The notes: generated by a model from the letters alone, not told the origin. A DNA stretch of 64,000 nt from Accumulibacter sp. (GCF_035440685.1 NZ_DAORMW010000011.1); one strand, 5' to 3'; counted from the first letter of the stretch, positions 37,307-47,420 are shown. Made by a program: numbers and translations.

Positions 37307-37472
37307 CGCGAGCGACCTGATACGGACGCGCGCTATTCCGCGCACCGATGGAGCGGGCATTTGAATCTCCTTGCCAGCTACCGGCTCGCTGGCGTGGCGA
37401 CGGAAGTGTTGCCGTCCCCCCTCGCCGGCCGTCCGTGCAAGCTGCTGCTGATCGCTCGCCGCAGGCATAGCC
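37307..37472 (+). pseudogene. 3' fragment of a paralogous SAM-methyltransferase gene
   Basis: Translation LLLRERPDTDARYSAHRWSGHLNLLASYRLAGVATEVLPSPLAGRPCKLLLIARRR aligns with the C-terminus of the 35122-36078 product (LLRARPGLGERYFAHRWRWHLNLVVSYLLARLATPLLPLPKGGRPCSVMLVARSR). No corresponding N-terminal part is present. Confidence 0.55.
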
Positions 37473-37671
37473 AGTCTGGTAGACTTTGGCGCCCAAGCGT
37501 GATCGCCGCAACCATTGGAGAGCTTTGCATGTGTGACGACCCGGCCGTGCCCGGCAGTCCTCGGCTCGATGCCGAAACCAGAACCTGCGCCAGGGATGAG
37601 CGGCGGCCCGTGCCTTACTTCGCGAAGTGGGCGGTGTGCGTCAGCCGCCGGTCAAGCGTGCGTGCCTGCCG

Positions 37672-38343
37672 ATGAGTGAGCACCGTTACCCGGCGGCGGA
37701 TGTGGCCGCCATCGAGCGGGTTATCCGCGAGCGTCGCGATATCCGGCAGTTTGCCGAGGGGACGCTCCCCGAAGGTTTGCTTGGTCGCCTGATCGAGGCC
37801 GCTCATCGCGCGCCGTCGGTGGGTTATATGCAGCCTTGGCGCTTCGTGCGTATCGCCAGCGCCCCGACCCGCGAGGCGCTGTGGCGCATCGTCGACGCTG
37901 AACGCCTGGCGACCGCTGCAAGCCTGCCGACGCGCGCTGCCGAGTTCCTGAAGTTGAAGATCGAGGGTATTCGCGAGTGCGCCGAAGTGCTGGTGGTGGC
38001 GCTGATGCCGGATCGCGAGGCACATATCTTTGGCCGCCGCACCTTGCCGGAAATGGACCTCGCGTCGACGGCCTGCGCCATCCAGAACATGTGGCTGCTG
38101 GCGCGGGCCGAGGGTGTCGGCCTGGGCTGGGTTTCGTTTTTCGACCCTGAAGCAGTTGCCGACTTGCTCGAGATGCCAGCTGGCAGCCGTCCGATCGCCA
38201 TTCTTTGCCTTGGTCCGGTGACCGAGTTTCCATTGCAGCCGGTGCTTGAATCAAAAGCTTGGGGCAGCCGCCTGCCGCTCGACGAAGTGCTCTTTGAAGA
38301 CCGTTGGCGAGCCGGTGCCGGCGGTACACCGACAGCGTATTGA
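37672..38343 (+). CDS. bluB: 5,6-dimethylbenzimidazole synthase (nitroreductase fold)
   Basis: RRDIRQF, APSVGYMQPWRFV, GLGWVSF, typical BluB length and motifs. Confidence 0.8.
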   Translation: MSEHRYPAADVAAIERVIRERRDIRQFAEGTLPEGLLGRLIEAAHRAPSVGYMQPWRFVRIASAPTREALWRIVDAERLATAASLPTRAAEFLKLKIEGIRECAEVLVVALMPDREAHIFGRRTLPEMDLASTACAIQNMWLLARAEGVGLGWVSFFDPEAVADLLEMPAGSRPIAILCLGPVTEFPLQPVLESKAWGSRLPLDEVLFEDRWRAGAGGTPTAY

Positions 38344-38431
38344 TTGCCATCGCCCAAGCCCGCTTGCCCGGCGAGTGCTGCCGCGTACGCCGGCCTGATC
38401 AAGCGCTGCGGGTCGAACCTGGACTCGCCCG

Positions 38432-38929
38432 GTGACCGACCCGAGCAGCCGTCGCAATTTCCTCCGTGGCCGATTTTCGCGCCGCCCGGCCGCGCTGAGG
38501 CCGCCGTGGGCGCTTGCCGAAGCCGCTTTTCTGCAGGCCTGCACGCGCTGTACTGATTGCCAGCCGGTGTGTCCAACGGGCATCATCAGCAACAGCGATA
38601 GCGGCTATCCGGTGCTTGATTTCAGGCGTGGCGAATGCTCGTTCTGTGCGGCTTGCGTAGATGCCTGCCGCACCGGCGCCTTGCAGCGGGTACCGGCGCA
38701 GCCGCCGTGGTCGCTGCGCGCTTCGATTGGCGAGCGCTGCCTGGCGGCCAAGCAGATCGAGTGCCGAGTTTGCGGCGACCAGTGCCTGGCCGGCGCTATT
38801 CGCTTCGTGCCGCGGCTGGGCGGCGTATCGCTGCCGGTGGTGGACACTTCGCGCTGCACCGGTTGTGCCGCCTGCTTCGCGCCGTGTCCAACCGAGGCCA
38901 TTCGTATCGGTGAAATTGATGACAGATAG
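38432..38929 (+). CDS. napF: ferredoxin-type protein NapF
   Basis: SRRNFLRGRF...LRPPWA N-terminus and Fe-S cysteine clusters (CTRCTDCQPVCP, CSFCAACVDAC, CRVCGDQC, CTGCAACFAPCP) collinear with E. coli NapF. GTG start. Confidence 0.85.
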   Translation: MTDPSSRRNFLRGRFSRRPAALRPPWALAEAAFLQACTRCTDCQPVCPTGIISNSDSGYPVLDFRRGECSFCAACVDACRTGALQRVPAQPPWSLRASIGERCLAAKQIECRVCGDQCLAGAIRFVPRLGGVSLPVVDTSRCTGCAACFAPCPTEAIRIGEIDDR

Positions 38930-39013
38930 TAAACACCGGCAGGGAAGTAGGTCCTGCATCGCCGCTTGGCAATTGCTGTGCGCTGGAACTGGCGCGGGCC
39001 GGGAGCCAAGACC

Positions 39014-41854
39014 GTGAGCGCAGCGCAGTCGCAGGAAGCGCAGCCGCAAGCATCGCCGATGACCTCGGAGCGTCTGCTGGGCGTGCTCACTGCCCTGGTC
39101 GCCGAGACACGCCCGGGACGGGTCGCACGCGTAGGCCTCGGCAGTCACCTCGAGCGCGACCTTGGCCTGGACAGCCTGGCGCGCGTCGAGCTCCTGTTGC
39201 GGGTCGGCATTGAGTTCGGCTGCTCCTTGCCGGAAGCGGCGCTGGCCGAAGCCGAAACGGCGCAGGACTTGCTGCGCTTCATTGCCACCGCCAGCGGCGA
39301 AGAGCATTCGCCGACGGTGGCCGATGCCTCGACAGCCAGTGGCCCGATCAGCGTTCCGACGCAGGCGATGACGCTGGTCGACGTCTTCGAATGGCATGTG
39401 CAACACCATCCGCAGCGCACACACGTGCTGCTCTACGGAAGTGGCGGCGAGGGGGGTGAGTTCCGTCCCGAGGCGATCTCCTACGCCGATCTGTTCGAGC
39501 AGTCGCGCCGCATCGCCACGGGCCTGGTGACGCGCGGGCTGCTGCCGCGACAAACGGTGGCCCTGATGTTGCCCACCAGCCGCGATTATCTGAGCAGCTT
39601 TTTCGGAGTGCTGCTCGCTGGCGGAATTCCGGTGCCCATCTATCCGCCGGCGCGGCTGGCGCAGATCGAGGATCACCTGTGCCGGCACGCGCGTATTCTC
39701 GCCAACGCCGAAGCGGTGTTCATCATTACCGTACCGCAGGCGAAAGGCGTTGCCGCGCTGCTGCGCCGTGAGGCGCCGAGTCTGAGTGAAGTGCTCACGC
39801 CAGCGGAGCTCGATAGCGAACCGATCGAACTGCTGTATCGCGCGCAAGCCGACGACATTGCGTTCCTGCAGTACACTTCGGGCAGCACCGGCGACCCCAA
39901 GGGCGTCGTGCTCAGCCACGCCAACCTGTTGGCCAACGTGCGTGCGATGGGGGCGGCCTGCGAGGCCAGCAGTGACGATGTCTTCATCTCATGGCTGCCG
40001 CTTTATCACGACATGGGGCTGATCGGCGCGTGGTTCTGCCCACTCTATTTCGGCATGCCGCTGGTGTTGATGTCGCCGCTGGCCTTCCTGTCGCGCCCGG
40101 TGCGCTGGCTGCGGGCGATCTCCGATCACCGCGGAACGATTTCCCCGGCGCCCAATTTCGCGTACGAACTCTGCGCGCGAAAGATTGCCGACGCCGATTT
40201 GCAGGGAATTGATCTCTCATCCTGGCGCCTGGCCCTGAACGGTGCCGAGCCGGTGAGCCCGGCAACCCTGCAGGCATTCGGCGAACGTTTCGCTCCTTAC
40301 GGTCTTCTCGGTGAGGCGATTACGCCAGTTTATGGCCTCGCCGAATGCTCGGTCGGGCTGGCTTTCCCGGCACTGGAGCGCGGTCCCTTGATCGATCGAA
40401 TCGAGCGCGAAGAACTGGTCAATCGGAAATGCGCAGTTCCGGTCTCCGGAAGTGATGGCCAGGCGATGTGCGTTCCCGCCTGTGGACGGGCTCTGCCCGG
40501 GCATGAAATCCGCATCGTCGATGCGGAAGGCTGCGAGCTCCCCGATCGCTGCGTCGGACGACTGCAGTTCCACGGCCCGTCGGCGACACGCGGCTACTAT
40601 CGCAACCCGCAGGCGACGCAGGCGCTGATTAGCGACGGCTGGCTCGACTCCGGCGACTTCGCATACACCGTCGCTGGCGAGATCTATCTGACCGGTCGGG
40701 TGAAGGACTTGATCATCCGCGGCGGAAGAAACCTCTACCCTTACGAGCTCGAACAGGCGGTGGGCAATATTCCGGGTGTGCGCAAGGGCTGTGTGGCCGT
40801 TTTTGCCAGCAAGGATGCGCGCACTGCCAGCGAACGGCTGGTGATTCTGGCCGAAACGCGTGAGCAAGAGGCAAGCGTGCTCGATGACCTGCGGCAGAAG
40901 ATCAGCGACGCTGCACTTGATGAAATCGGCATGCCTGCTGACGAAATTGTCCTGGCGCCAGCGAACTCGGTGCTCAAGACCTCTAGTGGCAAGATTCGTC
41001 GCAACGCTTCGCGCGACGCCTACGAGAATGGCTTGATCGGTGCGCCCACCGTGCCAGCCCGGCAACAGATGTTGCGCCTCGGTGTGGCCTCGCTGCGTGC
41101 GCGTCTGGGGGAGGCGGCGCGGCGCTTTGGCCGACGCGTCTATGGCGTCTGGTGCTGGAGCGTTTTTCTCGTCCTCGGCGTGCCGACTGCAGCGGCGGTG
41201 GTGCTCCTCGGCAAGCTGCTGCGCTCACCGGCGAGCGGACGCCGCCTGGTGCACCGGGCGGCGCGGCTGTTTTTCGCGCTGGCCGGGATTCGCTTGCAGA
41301 TCAGCGCCGTCGCAGACCTGCCGACAGTGCCGCATTTGTTGCTGGTCAATCATTGCAGTTATCTCGATGCGCTGGCTCTTTGCGCGGCCTTGCCGCCGAG
41401 CCGGGCCTACGCCTTTGTCGCCAAACGGGAGTTGGTCGAACAGCCGGCGATACATGCTTTCCTGAGCGCGCTCGGGACGCTGTTCGTCGAGCGCTTCGCG
41501 GCCTCCAGGAGTGCCGAGGATGTCGACGAGATCGCCGCGGCGCTCCGGCGGGGGCAGAATCTGGTCATTTTTCCGGAAGGAACCTTTTCTCGAGAAGCCG
41601 GGCTGAAGCCCTTCCGAATGGGGGCCTTCGTTGCCGCTGCGCGGGCCGGGACGCCAGTAGTGGTGGCCGGCCTATGTGGTTCGCGAGCGATTCTGCGCGA
41701 TCAGACCTGGATGCCACGGCGTGGTCGCCTGGCACTAACCGTCGGATCGCTGCTGGCGCCGGCGGCTGACGACTGGTCGGCTGCTGTGGGTCTGCGTGAC
41801 GCGGCGCGCAAGGAGATGCTCGGCCTTTGTGGTGAGCACGATCTGGAACGTTGA
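39014..41854 (+). CDS. tri-domain fusion: acyl carrier domain + fatty acyl-AMP ligase-like adenylation domain + lysophospholipid acyltransferase (PlsC-like)
   Basis: ACP motif LGLDSLARVELL. Adenylation motifs YTSGSTGDPKGV, GRVKDLIIRGGRNLYPYELE, SSGKIRR. Acyltransferase motifs NHCSYLD (HX4D) and FPEGTFS. GTG at 39014 has a GGGAG RBS; alternative ATG at 39059. Confidence 0.85.
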   Translation: MSAAQSQEAQPQASPMTSERLLGVLTALVAETRPGRVARVGLGSHLERDLGLDSLARVELLLRVGIEFGCSLPEAALAEAETAQDLLRFIATASGEEHSPTVADASTASGPISVPTQAMTLVDVFEWHVQHHPQRTHVLLYGSGGEGGEFRPEAISYADLFEQSRRIATGLVTRGLLPRQTVALMLPTSRDYLSSFFGVLLAGGIPVPIYPPARLAQIEDHLCRHARILANAEAVFIITVPQAKGVAALLRREAPSLSEVLTPAELDSEPIELLYRAQADDIAFLQYTSGSTGDPKGVVLSHANLLANVRAMGAACEASSDDVFISWLPLYHDMGLIGAWFCPLYFGMPLVLMSPLAFLSRPVRWLRAISDHRGTISPAPNFAYELCARKIADADLQGIDLSSWRLALNGAEPVSPATLQAFGERFAPYGLLGEAITPVYGLAECSVGLAFPALERGPLIDRIEREELVNRKCAVPVSGSDGQAMCVPACGRALPGHEIRIVDAEGCELPDRCVGRLQFHGPSATRGYYRNPQATQALISDGWLDSGDFAYTVAGEIYLTGRVKDLIIRGGRNLYPYELEQAVGNIPGVRKGCVAVFASKDARTASERLVILAETREQEASVLDDLRQKISDAALDEIGMPADEIVLAPANSVLKTSSGKIRRNASRDAYENGLIGAPTVPARQQMLRLGVASLRARLGEAARRFGRRVYGVWCWSVFLVLGVPTAAAVVLLGKLLRSPASGRRLVHRAARLFFALAGIRLQISAVADLPTVPHLLLVNHCSYLDALALCAALPPSRAYAFVAKRELVEQPAIHAFLSALGTLFVERFAASRSAEDVDEIAAALRRGQNLVIFPEGTFSREAGLKPFRMGAFVAAARAGTPVVVAGLCGSRAILRDQTWMPRRGRLALTVGSLLAPAADDWSAAVGLRDAARKEMLGLCGEHDLER

Positions 41855-41963
41855 CCCGCGCGAGTGACGCTGGGGGCAGCAGCAGCAAGGCGGCTTGCTG
41901 GTTTTGCACAGCTGAGTGCCGGCGGCGGCTTCTTGCCGGCGACTCCCCGCCTCAGCCCCTGCC

Positions 41964-42431
41964 TCAGTTCTTCTGGACCGGTTTCTTGACGGCATCGCCC
42001 TTGAAAGTGTTGTCGACCAGTGGCGGCGCGTCGACCTGGGGCACGTGGCACTGCACGCAGCTGTAGCGACCACCGGTCGCTTCGGCGTGTTTCTTGCCGT
42101 CACGGTCGATGAAATGGCTATCGCCCATCTTCGGCGCCTTTTTCTTCTGATAGGTTGCTGCCGAGTGGCAGTCCATGCACTGGTTTTCTTCGAGGTTTAT
42201 TTCGTCGAAGTTCTCCACCGCGTGCGGGATGACCGGTGGCTGCGTGCTGAAGGTACGTGCGACCGGCGCTTCGGTGCCCGGGCGTTTGCCGGCGTAGTCC
42301 TTGACCGCGGGTGCGTGGCTGGGGGCGGCGACGTCGCTACCGCGCATCGAGGTCGTGGCGTCGGCGGCAAACACCAGCGAAGTCAGGCAACTGGCGACGA
42401 TGGCGATGCTAAGTTTCAGTGAGTGCTTCAT
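41964..42431 (-). CDS. napB: periplasmic nitrate reductase diheme cytochrome c subunit NapB
   Basis: Signal peptide plus two CxxCH (CMDCH, CVQCH). ATG at 42431 after AGGGAA. Confidence 0.9.
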   Translation of the reverse strand: MKHSLKLSIAIVASCLTSLVFAADATTSMRGSDVAAPSHAPAVKDYAGKRPGTEAPVARTFSTQPPVIPHAVENFDEINLEENQCMDCHSAATYQKKKAPKMGDSHFIDRDGKKHAEATGGRYSCVQCHVPQVDAPPLVDNTFKGDAVKKPVQKN

Positions 42432-42469
42432 GATTGGCGTTCCCTCCACATCAAAAAAATTTGTGCTGT

Positions 42470-43384
42470 TTATCGAGTACTTCGGTGGCTGCTGTTCGCT
42501 GCGTGCGGGGTGTTTTGCGTGCCGTTTTCCGGCGGGTTGTCGAAGCGCAGGCCGAATGTGAACACGTCCTTGGAGCAGACATCAATGCAGCGCCCGCAGT
42601 TGGTACAGTTGCTGGCCAGGATGACCGGGCCGACACCCTTGCCGGCACCCTTAAGCGCGGGGCGAATGACCTGTGGCTCCGGGCAGACTTCGAAGCAGTC
42701 CATGCAGTCGTTGCACGCCGCCCGCTTGCTGGCCGTGACACGCAGCGGACTGCCCTTGGCGAGCAGGCTGTAGAAGGCGCCGACCGGGCAGAGGTGGCCG
42801 CACCAGCCGCGACTCATCACGAACAGGTCGAAAAGAAAAACCGCCAGCACGACCATCCACGCCGCACCGAGTCCGAAAATCAGTCCGCGATGCAGCATCG
42901 ATACCGGGTTGACCAGTTCCCAGGCGATGCTGCCGGTGAGTGCGGCGAGCAGCAAGGTCATCGCCAGGATCCAGTAGCGGCTGCTGCGCGCAACGTGCGC
43001 GCTGCCCTTGATTCCGAGTCGACGGCGCAGCCAGCTGGCGAGGTCGGTGAGCGGATTTATCGGGCAGACCCAGGCACAATAGACACGCCCACCCACCAGA
43101 AAATAGAAGGCCACAACGATCACTACGCCGATCAGCGCCAGTCGCTCGGGCCAGTTGCCGGCCAGCAGCGATTGCAGCAGCACATAAGGATCGGTCAGCG
43201 GCAGGGTGTCGAGGGTCAGGCTATAGGCCAGATTCCCTTTGACGATCCACACGGCTGCCAGCGGACCGAGCAGGAACAGGGCCATAAGCGCCAACTGGCA
43301 CAGGCGGCGGGCCAACAGCCAGCGGTGGGCGGCAATCCAGCCTTTGCTGGCAAGCGCATCGGCTCCTGGGCGCTTGTTGTTCAT
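42470..43384 (-). CDS. napH: quinol dehydrogenase membrane ferredoxin subunit NapH
   Basis: Four TM helices, CxxCP motifs and C-terminal 4Fe-4S clusters (CNDCMDCFEVCP, CTNCGRCIDVC). ATGA overlap with the napG stop. Confidence 0.9.
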   Translation of the reverse strand: MNNKRPGADALASKGWIAAHRWLLARRLCQLALMALFLLGPLAAVWIVKGNLAYSLTLDTLPLTDPYVLLQSLLAGNWPERLALIGVVIVVAFYFLVGGRVYCAWVCPINPLTDLASWLRRRLGIKGSAHVARSSRYWILAMTLLLAALTGSIAWELVNPVSMLHRGLIFGLGAAWMVVLAVFLFDLFVMSRGWCGHLCPVGAFYSLLAKGSPLRVTASKRAACNDCMDCFEVCPEPQVIRPALKGAGKGVGPVILASNCTNCGRCIDVCSKDVFTFGLRFDNPPENGTQNTPHAANSSHRSTR

Positions 43385-44325
43385 CGTGGGGCCTCGGCAG
43401 GCAAGGCATTGACGCCGCTGCCCGGCGCAGCGGGGCCGCCCAGGCCGGGCGGCAGGCTGGGAAGCGCCGGGCTGCTCGCCGGTTTTCGTGCCGGCAGCTT
43501 GTCGCTACCCGGATCGAAGTGGCCTTCGAGGTGCATGCCGTCAGGCATGCGGTCTGGCAAATCAACGATGCCCCTGTCCTCGACCAGCGAATGCCCACCG
43601 GCCTTGCTTTTCTCGTCCCAGCCGAGGCGGTAGTGCTCGCCGAGTGAGCCTTTTACCAGCTTGGCGGGCAGCACCCGGATCGACGCTTCTTCGGTGACGC
43701 AGGCGCTCTCGCACTTGCCGCAGCCGGTGCAATGCTCGGAGTGCACGGTCGGAATGAACATCGCGTGCCGGCCGGTACGGGTGTTCGGCCGCACTTCGAG
43801 GGTAATCGCCTTGTCGATCACCGGGCAGACGCGGTAGCAGACGTCGCAACGCAGCCCGAGGAAGTTGAGGCAGGTTTCCTGGTCCGAGAGAACCGCGAGG
43901 CCCATCCTTGACTGGTTGATGTCGGTCAGGCCGTGGTCAAGGGCGCCTGTCGGACAGGCCTTGACGCAGGGAATGTCTTCGCACATCTCGCAGGGCCCGC
44001 TACGCGCCGTAAAGTACGGTGTGCCTGTGGCAATCGGCGACTCTGGCCGGGCCAGTTCGAGAATGTGGTAGGGGCAGTCGCGCACGCACATGCCGCAGCG
44101 AATGCAGGCGCCGAGAAAGTCGTCTTCGGCGCCCGCGCCGGGTGGGCGCACGGCCAGTGGTGGCTTGGCCTTGGCCTGTTTCGTGTAGGTCGCCAAAGCG
44201 AGCCCGAATATCCCGATACCGCAACACAGCCGTGCTGAATCAAACACGAACTGACGGCGCGTCAATGACTGCGTGTTTGCCGCGCGCGGAGGCTGGGGGC
44301 TGCTCTTCTTGTTTGCCGTGGGCAT
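43381..44325 (-). CDS. napG: ferredoxin-type subunit NapG with Pro/Gly/Ala-rich C-terminal extension
   Basis: Tat-like TRRQFV, four Fe-S clusters (CIRCGMCVRDCP, CEMCEDIPCVKACP, CDVCYRVCP, CTGCGKCESAC). About 70 extra C-terminal residues relative to E. coli NapG (231 aa). Confidence 0.85.
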   Translation of the reverse strand: MPTANKKSSPQPPRAANTQSLTRRQFVFDSARLCCGIGIFGLALATYTKQAKAKPPLAVRPPGAGAEDDFLGACIRCGMCVRDCPYHILELARPESPIATGTPYFTARSGPCEMCEDIPCVKACPTGALDHGLTDINQSRMGLAVLSDQETCLNFLGLRCDVCYRVCPVIDKAITLEVRPNTRTGRHAMFIPTVHSEHCTGCGKCESACVTEEASIRVLPAKLVKGSLGEHYRLGWDEKSKAGGHSLVEDRGIVDLPDRMPDGMHLEGHFDPGSDKLPARKPASSPALPSLPPGLGGPAAPGSGVNALPAEAPR

Positions 44326-44358
44326 TTTTGCGTAGCCAGAAACCGGGCCGGTGCCAAA

Positions 44359-44442
44359 TGTGAAAGTTGCGTCCGCGACTCGCGGATCTCCCTTCTCTCC
44401 CTGCCCGTCGAACGACTCCGGCGTGCAAGCCGGAATGCGCGC
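44359..44442. repeat. dispersed hairpin repeat, full-length copy B, inside the napA-napG spacer
   Basis: TGTGAAAGTTGCGTCCGCGACTCGCGGATCTCCC...CTCCCTGCCCGTCGAACGACTCCGGCGTGCAAGCCGGAATGCGCGC. Two hairpins (TTGCG/CGCGAC region and TCCGGC/GCCGGA). Confidence 0.75.
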
Positions 44443-44524
44443 TGCAAGGGGAGGGGGCGGCCATTAGGCGGGCGATGTTCTGCCCGCCCTGGCTCTCCCT
44501 GATTGTCCTGCGTTCGCGTGTCTA

Positions 44525-47050
44525 TCAGGCTTTGACCACCTTGCACGCGCACTTCTTGAAGTCGGTTTCCTTGGAGATCGGACAAGTGGCGTCAAGTGTC
44601 AGCTTGTTGACCAGGCGATGCTCATCGAAGAAGGGCACGAACACCAGGCCAGCCGGTGGCTTGTTACGGCCACGCGTTTCGACGCGCAACGCGATCTCGC
44701 CGCGCCGGGTAACCGTCTTGACGACGTCACCGCGTTGCAGGCCGCGCTTCTTGGCGTCGTCCGGATGCATGTAGATCCAGGCGTCGGGCATGGCCTTGTA
44801 CAACTCCGGGACGCGCCGCGTCATCGAACCGGTATGCCAGTGTTCGAGAACGCGCCCGGTGCATAGCCAGAGGTCGTACTCCTGGTCGGGCATTTCGGCG
44901 GCCGGCTGGTACGGCAGCGCAAAAATGACCGCCTTGCCGTCGGGCTTGCCGTAGAACTTCACGCCTTCGCCCGCCTTGACGTAAGGGTCGTAGCCTTCGC
45001 GGAAGCGCCACAGCGTTTCCTTGCCGTCAACCACCGGCCAGCGCAGGCCGCGCGCCTTGTGATAGGTGTCGAACTCTGCCAGGTCGTGGGCGTGGCCGCG
45101 ACCAAAGGCGGCGTACTCCTCGAACAGGCCTTTTTGCAGATAGAAGCCGCAGGCCTTTGCTTCGTCGTTGTCGAAGCCCTTGTAGGTCTGGCTGGTCGGG
45201 AACTTGTCGACCTGGCCGTTGGCGAAGAGCACCTCGTAGAGCGTCTTGCCCTTGTACTCGGGGTTCTTGGCGAGCAGGTCGGCCGGCCACACCTCGTCGG
45301 TCGTGAAACGCTTCGAGAACTCGATGTACTGCAGAAGATCCGAGCGCGCCTCTCCCGGCGCCTTGACCTGCTGGCGCCAGAATTGCGTGCGCCGCTCGGC
45401 GTTGCCGAAAGCGCCTTCCTTCTCCATCCACATCGCCGAGGGCAGGATCAGGTCGCCGGACATCGCCGAAACGGTGGGGTAGCAGTCGGAGACGACGATG
45501 AAATTGTCGGGGTTGCGCCAGCCCGGGAAGATTTCATCATTGATGTTCGGCCCGGCCTGCATGTTGTTGGTCGTCGTCGTCCAGTAGAAATTGATCTTGC
45601 CGTCCTTGAGCAGGCGGCTCTGCAATACGGCGTGCGCGCCGTTCCAGTCGGGGATCGTCCCGGCCGGCAGCTTCCATAGTTTCTCGCTCAGTTCCCGGTG
45701 TTTGGGATTGGTAACCACCATGTCGGCCGGCAGCCGGTGCGCGAAGGTGCCGACCTCACGAGCGGTGCCGCAGGCCGAGGGCTGGCCGGTCAGCGAGAAC
45801 GGGCTGTTGCCGGGCTCGGAGATCTTGCCGACCAGCAGATGCACGTTGTAGACCATGTTGTTGGCCCAGGTACCACGCGTGTGCTGGTTGAAGCCCATGG
45901 TCCAGAACGACGTCACCTTGGTGTTCGGATCGGCGTAGGCCTTGGCAAGCGCTTCGAGGTTTTCTTTCGGTACACCGGAGATCTCGTGCGCCTTGTCGAG
46001 CGTGTACTCGGAGACAAAGACCTTGAATTCGTCGAAGCTCATGTCGCTGGCGCCGCCCGGGTTGCCCTTGGGTTTGCCGTCTTCGCCTGGGTAGCCGTTG
46101 TTCATGGCCACCTTCTCGAGCGGATGATTCGGCCGTAGGCCGTAACCGATGTCGGTGACGCCCTTCTTGAAGTTGACATTGCGGGCGACGAATTCCTCGT
46201 TCACCGCGTTGTTCTGGATGATGTAGTTGCAGATGTAGTTGAGGATTGCCAGGTCACTCTGCGGTTTGAAGATCAACTCGTTGTCGGCCAACTCGGTTGA
46301 GCGATGGCCGAAAGTGGAAAGGACGTGAACCTTGACGTTCTTGCCGGTCAGCCGGCGATCGGTGAGCCGCGACCACAGAATCGGGTGCATCTCGGCCATG
46401 TTCGAACCCCAGAGCACGAAAGTGTCGGCGTGTTCGAGGTCGTCGTAGCAGCCCATTGGTTCGTCAATGCCGAAAGTGCGCATGAAACCGGCGACCGCGG
46501 AGGCCATGCAGTGACGGGCATTCGGGTCGATGTTGTTGCTCAGCAAGCCGGCCTTCATCAGCTTGGCCGCAGCATAGCCTTCCCAGACCGTCCATTGCCC
46601 CGAGCCGAACATGGCGACGTTGCGCGGACCGCCTTTCTTGAGCGCGGCCTTGCATTTCTCGGCCATGATGTCGTAAGCCTGATCCCAGGAAATCGGCGTG
46701 AACTCGCCGTTCTTGTCGAACTTTCCATCCTTCATGCGCAGCAGGGGAGTGGTCAGGCGATCCTTGCCGTACTGGACCTTGGAGAGGAAGTAGCCTTTGA
46801 TGCAGTTGAGACCTCTGTTGACCGGTGCGTCCGGGTCACCCTGGGTGGCGACGATGCGGCCTCCCTTGGTTCCGACCAGCACGCCGCAACCAGTTCCGCA
46901 GTAGCGGCAGGCGCCTTTGTCCCAGCGCACGCCATCGGACTTCGCGGGGGCTGCCTGGGCGATGCCAGGAATGCTGATTCCAGCCACGCTGGCGGCGGCG
47001 GCAACGGCATTGCTCTTGATAAAGTCACGGCGAGTCAACGTCAATTTCAT
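44525..47050 (-). CDS. napA: periplasmic nitrate reductase catalytic subunit NapA
   Basis: Tat signal [20 protein letters not shown], 4Fe-4S motif [10 protein letters not shown], molybdopterin oxidoreductase body. ATG at 47050, 1 nt after the napD stop. Confidence 0.95.
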   Translation of the reverse strand: MKLTLTRRDFIKSNAVAAAASVAGISIPGIAQAAPAKSDGVRWDKGACRYCGTGCGVLVGTKGGRIVATQGDPDAPVNRGLNCIKGYFLSKVQYGKDRLTTPLLRMKDGKFDKNGEFTPISWDQAYDIMAEKCKAALKKGGPRNVAMFGSGQWTVWEGYAAAKLMKAGLLSNNIDPNARHCMASAVAGFMRTFGIDEPMGCYDDLEHADTFVLWGSNMAEMHPILWSRLTDRRLTGKNVKVHVLSTFGHRSTELADNELIFKPQSDLAILNYICNYIIQNNAVNEEFVARNVNFKKGVTDIGYGLRPNHPLEKVAMNNGYPGEDGKPKGNPGGASDMSFDEFKVFVSEYTLDKAHEISGVPKENLEALAKAYADPNTKVTSFWTMGFNQHTRGTWANNMVYNVHLLVGKISEPGNSPFSLTGQPSACGTAREVGTFAHRLPADMVVTNPKHRELSEKLWKLPAGTIPDWNGAHAVLQSRLLKDGKINFYWTTTTNNMQAGPNINDEIFPGWRNPDNFIVVSDCYPTVSAMSGDLILPSAMWMEKEGAFGNAERRTQFWRQQVKAPGEARSDLLQYIEFSKRFTTDEVWPADLLAKNPEYKGKTLYEVLFANGQVDKFPTSQTYKGFDNDEAKACGFYLQKGLFEEYAAFGRGHAHDLAEFDTYHKARGLRWPVVDGKETLWRFREGYDPYVKAGEGVKFYGKPDGKAVIFALPYQPAAEMPDQEYDLWLCTGRVLEHWHTGSMTRRVPELYKAMPDAWIYMHPDDAKKRGLQRGDVVKTVTRRGEIALRVETRGRNKPPAGLVFVPFFDEHRLVNKLTLDATCPISKETDFKKCACKVVKA

Positions 47051-47051
47051 C

Positions 47052-47300
47052 TCATACTTCCTCATCGGGATCGGGTTCAAACTGGCTATAGACCAATGAC
47101 GCGGAGAGTACGCCCGGTTGTCGACTGATGGTGCTGAACAAATCTGCCGCAGCACGGTCGCTGTCGGCTTCGATGGTCACTATCAGTTGGCCATTCGCGG
47201 TCGCTGCGTGGACTTCGACGCCACCGAGAAGCAGCAGGCTGTCGCGCACCTGCTGTTGAACTTCGGGGCGGGCATTGACCAGCAGGCTGGAAATATTCAT
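47052..47300 (-). CDS. napD: NapA chaperone NapD
   Basis: 82 aa, [13 protein letters not shown]...[20 protein letters not shown]...GVLSASLVY, immediately upstream of napA. Confidence 0.85.
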   Translation of the reverse strand: MNISSLLVNARPEVQQQVRDSLLLLGGVEVHAATANGQLIVTIEADSDRAAADLFSTISRQPGVLSASLVYSQFEPDPDEEV

Positions 47301-47420
47301 CAGATCGAGGCTCTCCTGTTGGCAAGCTGAGTGAGTGAGCGCGTCGCCAATGCAGCCGAACACGGAACCAAGCAGTCTTGCGTCAGGCGATTACTCTAAG
47401 CGCCCGGTGAGGTCTTTTGC

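Noticed and set aside
37480-37671. Possible cobalamin riboswitch in the bluB leader
   Set aside because: I looked for the GCCACTG, GGGAAG..GGTG and B12-box (AGYCMGGAGACCKGCC) elements and none is convincingly present. Only a vague GTCAGCCGCCGG...CCTGCC similarity was seen.
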